Shown here: positions 43,225 to 54,307 of the stretch, in pieces
Layout of the letters: each line of letters begins with the position of its first letter
Position numbering within the stretch: position 1 is the first letter of the stretch
DNA from: Paramoeba atlantica
Lineage: Eukaryota; Protista; Discosea
Direction: 5' to 3'
Assembly (NCBI GenBank): GCA_977017575.1
Contig: CDRNVI010000003.1
Coordinates: forward strand, 744,001 to 808,000
Length of the DNA: 64,000 nt
Made by a program: the position numbers and the translations under genes
Notes under the pieces: model-generated
Databases searched by the model: none
Told to the model about the DNA's origin: nothing
Seen by the model: the letters and a program-made list of their open reading frames with translations, nothing else

Positions 43225-44328
43225 AATCACGGCGTGTCACCCAACGCGCGCGGCAGCTTATGAAGCTTCCCGACACGCAGCTTTTGAGCATATAAAATCT
43301 TTTTCAGCTCGAGTTGTGCCGTCACAGTTTCATAGCACTGAACACGCTGGGACAGCAAATGAACAAGAACTCGCTCGTCAAAAACCACCTACTGACGAAA
43401 TTACCGCTGCAGCGAAACTTCATGAGGAAGCATGGAACAAACTCGTAAGCGATCCACAAATGGCCGGGACGTTAAAAGCAACCTCCAATAAGTGGAGTTA
43501 TGACTGGCTACTGTCCAATGTAAGATATGTACCACCGCACTTATTCGAGCTAGCAGTCATGCCCCGTCTTGGAGTACATCACCCGAGACTTCCTGATGCT
43601 ATGACGTGCCCTGGATGCCGAACATTGATGGATGCAAACACTGCACTAACTCACATCCCCGGATGCGTGCAATGTACAGGTTTCAACGCCACAGCGAAGC
43701 ACAACATGTTGACCAAGTTTCTGTATGATCTTTGCATGAAAGCTGGTATTCCATGCGAAAGAGAGTCGCGTTCTTTTAGCACGTGGAGTTGTCTAACATG
43801 CGGAAATACAGTCGACTACAACAATCAGCATCTCCACCACAAAACATGCGGAGGACGGCAGTTTCATCGCTCAGGCCCGGATCTTGCGATCTACTGGAAC
43901 AGTGGCGTGGTGTTCTACGACCTAACTGTGGTGCACGAGCTCGCGCCTTCCCATCGGAATAAAAAGTGTTCCCAACTCGTGCGAGAAGCTATACAGCGGA
44001 AAAATGAAACATATGTCAATAGTGGCATGATTCCGGCGGAAGCTTTTGAGTGCCTTCCTGTCTTGTCCTGCGGGTCTTTAAATAAGAGCACACGGGGCCT
44101 AATTAAATCACTGACGGATGTCTGCTGTTGGATACCCAAAAAACCGAACAGGCATTCAAGTTGCTACTCCAAGAGCTGAACGGATCCGAAGTATACGCAC
44201 AGCTCCGACATTTTTTGGAGCCTCAAGACTATCAGAAAAGCACTATTCTTTAAGAAATCAAAAGTACAGAAAAGATACAAATTGGAATTATAAAGTCTGC
44301 GAAGAGATAGACAAAAATCAGTACTAAA

Positions 44329-46752
44329 ATGAGAAATAATGAAGAAAATGAGAACATAACGTTCTGTAAGGTGGATCTTCGGAACGCCTTTAATAACGTG
44401 AGCCGACCCGTCTTCATCTTTCTCACACGAAAGCATTTCCCTGAACTATCCCCATGGGTAGAATGGTGTTATGCCAATCACAGCTGTCTCACATTCGGCA
44501 ATGATTTTATCCCCTCGGCAGAAGGAGTGCAACAAGGAGACCCTCTGGGGCCACTCCTCTTCTCCTTGGTGTTAGCAGAGGTAACAGAAGAAATTGCATC
44601 AAATTCTAACCTACGAACACAATTATGGTATTTAGATGACGGTGTGCTTGTAGGTGAGCCCAAAGAAGTCCGTAAAGCCCTAGACGTCCTCGACGAGATA
44701 GGACCGAAGTGGGGACTCTTCCTGAATCTCTCCAAGTGCGAGATCATTACCCCCCCAGCATCAGCTCATACCTCCGTTTTCTTTCCTGACATCCCCAGTG
44801 ATAAAATACGGTACGACGGGAACTTCGACATTCTTGGAAGCCCAATAGGCTCTGCGGAACACTGTGCGGAGTTTCTCATGACACACGCGATTGAACCAGC
44901 CCGCGAAACATTAGAAGCCACTGCTGTGTTAGAAGGTCCCCAAATAGCTCTCGCACTAATACGGCAATGTTCGGGGTTTTGTCAGATGGTGTACGCACTG
45001 CGCACCACTCCTCCCCAAGCCCTTGGAGAATTATGCCAAAAACTTGACTCTCATCTAGCCCAGGCCGTGGAGCACGCAATTTCTCCCTTAGGCGTCGCCG
45101 CTCGCGACCAAATACAACGACCAAAACGCCACGGCGGGTTCGGACTTCGCTCATCAATTCTCCACCCGTCAGCAGCCTACGTCTCTTCCTTCGCGCACGC
45201 CGCTAGCTTGGACAACTGGGACCCCACAGAAGCTGAGGGATTTTCCAGCTCAGCACATGACATAAATGACAAAGTTGGGACTGATCTGGTTGATCCATAC
45301 ACTGGACGCATTACCAAACCTAGTGTGCCTGGTGAATATCATGCAAATCGGAGCATCCTTTCCCGCCCAGCGAAAAGAAAACTCGCACAATCCCTCAATC
45401 ACGCCCTTCTCCCCGTCTCGACGGATCAGGAAAAGATCATCCCGAGGCAAAAACATCTCAGCCAAGCTATCTCGGATAGGGAATTTCAAACGGCATATTC
45501 AAAGGCAGACGCAAGAACGCGGGCGCGATGGATCTCGCAGTCCGGAAAAGGGGCCGGAAACTGGGCTTTCGCAACTCCCTCCAAGACCAGAGGCTACGCT
45601 TTCACCCACACGGAGTTTCGTACCCTAACACGCTGGTGGCTAGGAATGGACGTCTTCCCCGAAGATCGGCCTTGCCCAGCTGACGGGTGCACCCTTCCCT
45701 TGCTCAAGAATGGAGAGCATGCTTTGCTCTGCAAGAACGGCCATGTTATCATCTCACGGCACAACGCTCTGGCCCAACAATTTACATCGTTCTGCAGCAG
45801 AGCCTTCCTGGCGCCACAGAGAGAGAAGAGTTTGGGAAATCGGGGTCCTGGGGGGCTCTCACGAGACCAGCAGACGTATTTCTGCCAACTGCCTCCATCG
45901 CCAAAGGATCTTTAGCGCAAGGCATGGTCCTAGATTTTGCGGTCACTCACGCACAGCAAACAAAGTATTTGGACTCAGTCCACAATGCTAGCTGGATGAC
46001 CCCGGGGTCTTTTGCCGAGCACTTCGCGGAGACCAAGGCGCGACAGCGACAAGAAGCAGAAAAAGCAGGACACCTCTTCACAGCGATGGTGGTGGAATCC
46101 TTTGGTTCCTGGAGCGAGAGTGCGCTAGCGTTACTCCGGGACATCGGAACCCAACGGGCGAATGCATCCAAAGGGCTCCTTTCACGAGACCAAGCGCGAA
46201 ACGATCTCCTAACAGATCTGAACGTGACGCTAATGCGTTCTCAAGCCAGGATGATGGTTTCGCGCATCCGCGAAGAGGACCCAGCGAATCCTTTGGTAGA
46301 GGCTTAAGCCTCTACTGACAGTCCTATTTCAGCACGAAGACGCCATGGTATCCAGGACGGGTGCTGGTCGGGTCGACAGAGTCTATGCTCACGCCTATCC
46401 CGCGAGGGCTAGGTACCCCAAGTGAGGTAGTACACGGGCAGTGAATCTCCTCCCCGTCGGCCAGCATCCTGTTTCGAGACCGTGTCGCTGTCGACACAGG
46501 CCCGCGCCTGCGCCCTCCCGTATAGCAAGGGACGGGTTCACAAGTCAGGCCGTGGAGTGGTCGAAAGACCCGGTCCGGAACGCGCGAATGGATTGGGCCT
46601 GGATTGCTTGTTTTTATTTTTACTGTGTCTTGTTTGTCGTATATATTTAGGGGAGATTGAATTGCTAGTTTTGGGCTGAGAAAAAACAAAAGGTACATCT
46701 GTGGAAACAAAAAGAATTGCTAATTTGATTGCTTGTTAAAAAAAAAAAAAAA
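44329..46752 (+). mobile_element. 5'-truncated CRE-A element (RT, CCHC, REL with a frameshift near 45850, 3' UTR, poly(A))
   Basis: VDLRNAFN, GVQQGDPLGPLLF, WYLDDG, LDFAVTH, VVESFGSWS. Confidence 0.88.
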
Positions 46753-46753
46753 A

Positions 46754-47125
46754 CAAATCCAAATCATTCCGGATTGTGCCGGATGGTCACTGGCAAGCCA
46801 GACCCTTCACAGACAGATTTGGAAGTTCAGAGGCCGACGTCGTCTACCAGTTTCCGCTTGTCCAAGGCGGCACCAACGTGCTGTTGCCAACACGCTGCGT
46901 CGACGAATTGTACGTCAACACGGCCCACCCAAGAGGTGTAAGCCGGGTAAGGGAGCTGGTTCCCTGAGGGGAGGGTCCGGGACGGTCCTCCGAGTACTGG
47001 GCCTAGTCGGTTATCAGCCCAGACTCTTAGAGTGAGGCCGCCAGGAATATTGCGATGAGCGGGTTTGAACTCGCCGTCTGAGCACCATGTGCTTCAAACT
47101 TTGAGTTCTTGCCACTCCGCCACCT
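46754..47125 (-). mobile_element. tRNA-headed SINE, copy 4
   Basis: Near-identical body, A and B boxes present. Confidence 0.8.
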
Positions 47126-47190
47126 TCAATGCATATAGCACATTGATAATGCATATAGCACATTGATAATGCATATAGCACATTGATAAG
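47126..47190. repeat. 20-bp tandem repeat GCACATTGATAATGCATATA (about 3 copies)
   Basis: The same motif occurs once in the SL spacer (near 37055) and repeated at 38507-38567. Confidence 0.75.
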
Positions 47191-47351
47191 AGTGACAAAG
47201 ACATCCGATTCTTATCCATAAATGTGCGTCCTTTATATACGCGACCCCCGCTAAATAGGGGGGGAAGGTGGTAGTTGTGGGGTATGGAGCCTTCACGCAA
47301 CACCGGGGCCTCACCGGGAGCAAAGGTGAATTTATTGGGTACCTCGGCCCC

Positions 47352-49640
47352 ATGGTCCCCCCCAGGGCCGAGTGGGAGGCGACAATTCGGAATCGGGCAG
47401 TTGTGACCTTGAGGGTATATACTCTCCCCGAGCCACCAACGAATCAGAGTCCGAAATTCAGTAGGGGTGTAGGCATGACCGCAGAGAGTCGAGGGAACCG
47501 TGAAGGCCCAGTTGGATGCCCCGTCGCCCGTTTGTGAGAGCCACCTAGCCCGAGTGCGGGGATCCGCTCTTGCGTAATCTTCCTCAAAGTCTCTCGCTGA
47601 TATCGCATGACTGAGATCGCGTTGTCGAGGAATCGCCAAATCTTGAGAAAGGTCAATATCGGGGGAGGGCGAGAAGGAGCATCTCTTTATGATGGAGTCC
47701 TTGTGGATTTTCCCGGTAGATTTGTCCACCATACACCCCCCTACACGCCGGTTAATGTCCTCCACGGCGTAAGAAAAGCCCTCAGCCTCATTTGCATCCC
47801 ATCGATCCTTGTCGGAAGCGAAAGCCACTGAAGCTACGTACGCTGAGGTGGCATGCATTTCCGCTGAGCGAAGGCCGAGACCGCCGAACTGTTTATTTCT
47901 TTGTGCTTGTCGTCGAGCCATGTCACTCAGTGGGCGACAAAACGTTTCAACCGTACGCTGAACGGCGTTGTCGAGTCTGCGACATAAGTCCAGTAGTTCG
48001 TCCGTCGGCGTCGTGCGAAGGGAGTAAACCATCTGGCAAAACCCTGTGCACTGTCGGATGAGAGAGAAAGCGACCTGAGGGTCCTCCAGTTTCTCGATCG
48101 CTTCAAGGGATTCCTCCGCCTGGGAAATCGCGCTGTCGAGGAGGAACTGACGGCTGTACGTCGTAGATCCGATGGGGCTTCCCAAGATGCTCAGATTACC
48201 TTCCATGTTGATGTTGAGCCCGGGAATGTCAGGAAAGTGGGTAGTTTGATGAGATGAGGAAGGGTGTGTGATTATTTCGCACTTGGACGGATTGAGGTTC
48301 AGACCCCACTTTGGCCCTCCAATTTCGATGATATCTAGTGCGTGACGTACATCAGAAGCCTGGCCTGCAAGGGCGCCATCATCAAGGTACCAGAGATTGA
48401 GATGAAGATCAGGAGCTCCGGCCTTAATTTCTGCGGCCATTTCTCTCATGACGAGCGAGAACAAAAGGGGTCCGAGCGGGTCTCCTTGTTGTACGCCTTC
48501 AGAGGATTGAACTACACGTGCGCCGAATGTCAGGTTACTGTCCGAACTGTAGCACCATTCCACGAACGGGCTCAACTCAGGGAAATGATGCCGTGTCAAG
48601 GCCATAAAGCTATTTCTTGAAATGTGATTGAAAGCGTTGCGAAGGTCAACCTTGCATAGCACAAAATCCTCGTTATTGATGTGGTGCGCAACCAGGCGCC
48701 TGCAAATGTGGATAACACGTTCGGCTCCTGCTGGCGTCGCCACTCCATATTGTTGATCTTTGAAGAGCGTTCTGGATTTAGCCTTTGCAGACAGACATCC
48801 TATCTTGCTCGCTAGTCGGCGGAAGGTTTCCCCTGCGGCAATGGGGCGGACATCACCCTGACCCTTGTGTAAAGCACATAAGCGTCCGCCGGCGAAGCAG
48901 TGTTGGACTTCAAGTGGTACTTTGCCCGCTAGCATATGACGAATAAGTTTCGTGAGCGTACCGAGCGGATCTGTCCTGGCGTCGTGATGGAATTGCACTG
49001 CTACTTGTAGGTGCTCAGGCCGAAGTCCGAGAGCTCCCCCTGAGGAACCTCGGTGAAAGCTGGAAAGCGCCGTAATGATGTCCTCTTCGGTTGCGGTGAT
49101 CGGTTTAATATCCAAAGAAGGCGTGGTAATCGGACTTGGACCCAGAAGTCGAGACGGGTGTTTCGCCTGGAGCTTTCGATAAGTCGTGTCATCGTTTGGG
49201 GCAAGTGGTTCGGACGTCAACGCAGTCATTGCGCGGGAAAGTTCACCATCTCGCACGAGGCGTACTGCTCGGAGCGCAGCTTTCTGATCCTCCTCTTCAA
49301 TGCTCTGAGCCTGTGGAGAACTTTTCCGCTTACGCTTCAGGCTTGACAACGCCTCGTTCCAAAGTGGTAGAAATTCCTTGTTCTTCCATCTGGAAAGGCA
49401 TTTGCGGACGTGGGAGGCGTATGAGGCTTTACCCTTGTCCCCTCCGCGTCGTGGTGCTGGAATTACACTTTTAGGTAACATAGCCAGCAGGGTCCAAGCC
49501 TCGATGGTGTTGTCACGTACGGCCGCCGCCATGCATTCGGTAAGTGTTTTCGCCCATTCAGGCTTACAGCTGTTTGGGATATTTTTGCAGGTATTGACGG
49601 ACAAGGCGCATACTGATGATAGGGACGGCAGTTTTATCAC
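47352..49640 (-). pseudogene. CRE-A pre-RT and RT region, broken at GGDH
   Basis: Open ORF with all CRE RT motifs. Confidence 0.88.
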
Positions 49641-50398
49641 ATAATTCTTGGAGGCATTTCTCCTGTGAAATCCTATCCATGCGACTAGCTACCATGCGGG
49701 GTGGTGACTACGCAAACTACATTCAGGCCCAATATGCAGTATCCCGTGATCCTGCTGATTCCCTCGGAAATATGTTGTACCGAAGCATCGACTATGCACG
49801 TACCCATCCTCCTCTTACTCGCCCTACAACTTACACCCCCTATTCTTCTGCACGCGCATATATACCGCAGGGCCGAGGCCGAGGCACATCAGACCTTACA
49901 TTCCGAAGGGGGCGCTCAGGAACAGGTTTCGCACGCCGTCCGGTTTTTCACCGAGGGGGGTATGGCATACAAGGACGCTAATAGACGGCCACCTCCCGCA
50001 CCCAAGCCAGTTTACAACAAGTATAACTCAAAGCCAGTGCGTCCTTGGCGCTCATGCAATCGTACCTACGCAACTCAAGCGAACACAGGACCAGAACCAA
50101 TCCAAGGCAAAACGATTCAAGCTTTTTCCCGCTCAGGCAAATCTAGCCCTATGTCAATTAACACCGGTTCCGCAGTCTCGGTTCCACCTACCGGTCCAAA
50201 CAAGCAATCCCGCAATTCGGACACAGTCCTCGATGAACAGAAACATACCACAGACGGAAATCCCAAAACCAATAAATGTCGCGGTGCGACCAGAAGAAAG
50301 GGACTGGAGGGATCAAGCCGATTTTCTGTTAAGGGCAGTGCTCCGGATCACGGATCCAACAATTCGGCAAGCGTTACTAAACCTCTGGTCACCTCGAA

Positions 50399-51846
50399 TA
50401 TAAGTATACGTTTAGAAATTTAGGATGATTGATATAATGGCCCTTCGGGGCACATAATATTTATATTACGAGATATGATTTGTTTGTTTTGTTTATAAAC
50501 CCCCGCTCACGAAAAGTGACCCCTCTCTTTTTTTTCGTACAAATGTCCGTTTGAGCTGATTTTTGTTGCATTTTGCAGATCTCAACACAAGGACTTTGCG
50601 CGTGAAGAAATGAGACAAAAAGAAACGAATACGCACAATTTAGAGAAGAATTAACATTTTTTCACTTTTTCGCCCTTCAATCTTATACGCTCCTTAAGTC
50701 GAGAATCAAAACTTAATACTGTTTTGTCGATCACTTTTTGAGTTAAAGAAGACCATGCTTTACGTACACATCGGATACGTGAAGGCTTGTCCGATGGGGT
50801 TTGTTCGTCTACCGCCTCTTGGACCATAGACCAGACGTTTTCTATGGGGGAAAGGTCGGGCGAGTTGGGGGGCCAGTTTCTTAGAACATCACTCATTCAA
50901 TTCTCAATATACTCTTTGGAGGCACGGGCAGTATGTGCCGTTGCCCCATCCTGTTGAAATACACTATTAGGGGGGAAATCTACCTGTTTTGATGTTTCTA
51001 TGTACGTCTTACTTGTAATAGATGTGTCATTTGGTAGAATAAACAAATACCTCCACCCACAGGACTCAAAGTGTATTCCCCGCTAGATTTTTTTTCGTTC
51101 AGATATTTTTTGATTATCCTTCTAGAGACGTTAAAATCACGGGATAATTGTTTTATCGGAACACCTTCTGCATGCCTCATCTTCAAAAGAACCTTACCAC
51201 TATCCGTAAGCCCCCCTTTTGGGAGCCGATATGGTGATTTGGTCATTTTTGGAAAAAAAAGTTGAAAAGCCAATTATTTTTTTTGACTAAATTTTAAAAT
51301 TTTAAAATGAGCTAAAAACAGCGGGAACGTGCAGATCTCGAAATTTTGAACGAAACAGTGGTATGATAACCCACCCACGCCCCCATGTGCAAAAAATAAG
51401 GGGGGGTCACTTATTCGTGAGCGGGGGTTTATAAGTGTACGTTTAGAAATTTAGGATGATTGATATAATGGCCCTTCGGGGCACATAATATTTATATTAT
51501 GAGATATGATTTGTTTGTTTTGTCTAGAGATTTCATTTATTTAGTTTGGTATAGTGACACTCCTTCTCTAACCTTTTTATTGCGCCCGCCCTGGGCTGGT
51601 TCGCGGAGTTGGCGGACGGGATGCTCGTTCGTAAGTAAAGGAGTTTGTTGTGGATTTGTTTCAAATACTGTAAGTTTGATTGAAATGGCCAGGTACCTTA
51701 ATTTCTTTTCATGGATAGGTGGTGAGGATACTAAAGCAGTTGAATTCTTTGAATTGCTTTATGAAGAAAGATATTACATGATTTAGTAATTGGTTTCATT
51801 TTATTTATTCTTGTTCATTATGTGTGAGAAAGAAGACGCTGATTTC
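50399..51846 (+). mobile_element. Probable solo A-B remnant of a YR element, containing a Tc1 insertion
   Basis: Starts TATAAGTATACG..GAAATTT, has the GCCCTTCGGGGC hairpin as in the YR-A A repeat, ends GATTTC; no TSD. Confidence 0.65.
50496..51431 (-). mobile_element. Internally deleted Tc1/mariner DNA transposon
   Basis: ~30-bp TIR TAAACCCCCGCTCACGAA(A/T)AAGTGACCCC flanked by TA; HTH-like N-terminus, FQQDGATAH, WPPNSPDLSPIENVW. Confidence 0.85.
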
Positions 51847-52619
51847 CATGGGAAACCAGAACGCGCCTAATCAAAGCAATGTCCCAAAAAGGTTACCCCC
51901 TCTCAGAAAGCGGTACCATCGCGTTTATTCGACAAACCTCGGTATCGCTCCAGACCAAGCGAATCTACCTTCGGCACCTTATTTCAATTTTAAAAAAATT
52001 GAACCATCCAACCCAAAAATCCGAAATGTATTGTCAGGTACTGACGAGGCAAGGGGCAACACAACCGATACATCAAGCTCATCCATTACATCCATCCCAG
52101 ATTCCACGCTTGATAAAAGCCATGTCACGGCCCATGAACATCGTAACGATGATCGCGTACAAAACAGCATCACGCGCCGGCGAAGTAGCGCATCTCACAA
52201 GACAAGACATCATTCTAAACACTCCCACGCGAATAATCATTTATTGGGGGCGCAAAACGAAAACCACCAAAACCCAGCCTTATCGGCCAGACAGCTTCAC
52301 AGTGATCGAAGGCGAGTACACTCAACAGATCTACGAATACATCGCGACCCTCCGGCCGCGCCAACGGATCGCCGATATCACAACACAACAAATTACGCGA
52401 GTCATGCAACAGGTTCTAGGCCCCAAATACTCCAGTCATTCAATAAAACACGGCGCAACTCATACGTTGATGCAGTCCGTTGCAGCGGGACAAGCCGATC
52501 TGGAGCACGTGATGCGACTGACACATCACAAACATCTCACAACGCTACTTCGTTACTCCGGCGTAAACGAAGCAACCGCAATCGCTCTGGGCACGCAAAA
52601 CGTAACCCGCCTCCTATAA
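51847..52619 (+). CDS. Tyrosine recombinase of YR-D (3' part)
   Basis: ASRAGE, HSIKHGA, LTHH, LLRYS. Confidence 0.8.
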
Positions 52620-53499
52620 AAAGCGAGCTAGATACGCACAATAGTAAGTTTGAATTTTCGACGAGCATATGGATGCATGATGATGCTAAAGCAATCTGGG
52701 CTCCTCGTCGAAGCATTGGTAGAAATGAGTCAGATGAACCGAGTATTAGCTCTATGGATATTAAAGAACTAGTTCGCACGGGTATTATTCGGCAAGTATC
52801 AGTGGAGCAAGAAACCGAAAGACCAACAAAAGGAGTGGTGAAACCTTTTACTACTCTTGAAGTCCGTGATGATGGCCCCAGACGAAGATTCATAGTCTGG
52901 CCGCACTCTGTTGCATTTTTTTCTTTTCCCTACTCAGTTTATATTCATGGTTTGTGGGGGCAGTCGCCCCAGTTGGAGTGAAGTAGGCGAGACGATTCCC
53001 ACACATGCCACATTCGTCGAGAAAGCGCGTGTTCACTCGGATCTCTTCTTTTTGCCCTTCACCTCGAGCGCCCAAACTCTGTTTCAGCTCGGTGGGGGTT
53101 TGACGGAGATGGACGATAAATGCGTGCGAGGTCGCAAGCGAATTCAGAGCTCCTCGATAAGCAATCCAGGAAAGAATGCGATGCGTGAGCAACCGAAAGC
53201 CAACGTCAACACCTTCATCTTGAGCGCCCTAACTCCCTTTCAGCTCGGTGAAGGAGAGACGGAGGAGTTCGGAATTGTGCCCACCAACGACGAGAGCGGT
53301 GAACTCTGTTTTTACAAGCGACATCTGGACGACCGCGTGGAGTGTGAAAACGAAGCCATGGAGTGCTAAGGGACAAACGCCCTAAGAAGGGCAATCAAGG
53401 GGAGAAGTGCTGTAGAAAGCATCGGGAATTAATAGACTTAAAGGATATGATTGTTTTAAGAGTTCTACTAGAACAAAAAAGCCAAAAAAAAAAAAAATA

Positions 53500-53953
53500 T
53501 CAATCCTTAGATGGGTTGGGAAGCATCGCGCCTCATGTTCCCAGGGGACTCTATCTCAAGAAGCAGCTACCCGTCAGCTGCTTCAAGAGCTTAACCTCAC
53601 CCTGATGCGTTCTCAATCGAGAATGCTTGTCTCACGCATGCCGGCTGAAGATCCACAACCGGCACTTATTTTGCAGTAGCCTAAACCAAGGCTCGCGGAT
53701 CCCGGCATGTTCGAAGGCTGAGGGTGCTGGTCTCGTCGACAGAGTCTATACTCATGCCTAGTCCGTCAGGGCTAGGTACCCCAAGTGAGGTAGTACACGG
53801 GTAGTGAATCTCCTCCCCGTCGGCCAGCATCCTGTTTCGCGACCGTGTCGCTGTCGACACAGGCCCGCGCCTGCGCCCTCCCGTATAACAAGGGAAGGGT
53901 CCACAAGTCAGGCCGTGGAGAGGTCGAAAGACCCGGTCCGGAACGCGCGAATG
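53500..53953 (+). pseudogene. CRE-A 3' fragment (LNLTLMRSQSRML*) and structured 3' UTR
   Basis: Homologous to 46200-46600; starts after an A-tract. Confidence 0.78.
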
Positions 53954-54307
53954 GTTGAGGAGCCAACCAACCAACCAACCAACCAACACTGGGAGAATTT
54001 GCCCAGTTAAAGGATTTACAATTTTCTCCTGAACATTTAACCTTTCAGTCCAACCGCGCGGAACTAACTTGCAGAAAATTTTTCGAAAACAAACAGACTT
54101 TTTATTTTATGTATCCTAATCATTCGATCCCTATGACACTTCAGTACTTAGCCTTCGTCTGCTGTATAAGTCACTTGCCGATGTGAGCACGACAGCAAAC
54201 GGTTCAATCCACTTTTTCTGAAACTTGCAACGATACAAAGAAAAATATTGGAACTAAATGCACCTCCTATGTGAAATTCATTTTTGCATAAGCATTAGTA
54301 TGAAAGG

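Larger units (their letters stand above)
38581..44320 (+). mobile_element. 5'-truncated CRE-B element interrupted by a LINE fragment and an SL-headed insert
   Basis: VAWTW..SLGKV|VKTYKR is continuous across 38640-40747; RT 40761-42648; C-terminus 43225-44179. Confidence 0.82.
49670..53400 (+). mobile_element. Degenerate YR retrotransposon YR-D, split by the insertion 50399-51846
   Basis: Gag tail to 49981. The YR frame LLRAVLR..LWSPR|TWETRTRL is restored on removing the insert. RT N-terminus 52620-52900, then deleted. Confidence 0.75.

Noticed and set aside
46350-46500. HDV-like ribozyme in the CRE-A 3' UTR (P1-like stem, TCCCCGTC loop)
   Set aside because: P2 is not adjacent to P3, P3 has only 2 bp, and there is no GG for P1.1 or C-N-A-A J4/2. 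Kept only as a structured UTR.
50436-50460. U6 snRNA (GCCCTTCGGGG 5' hairpin)
   Set aside because: No ACAGAG box or U2/U4-pairing region follows; the motif belongs to the YR A repeat.
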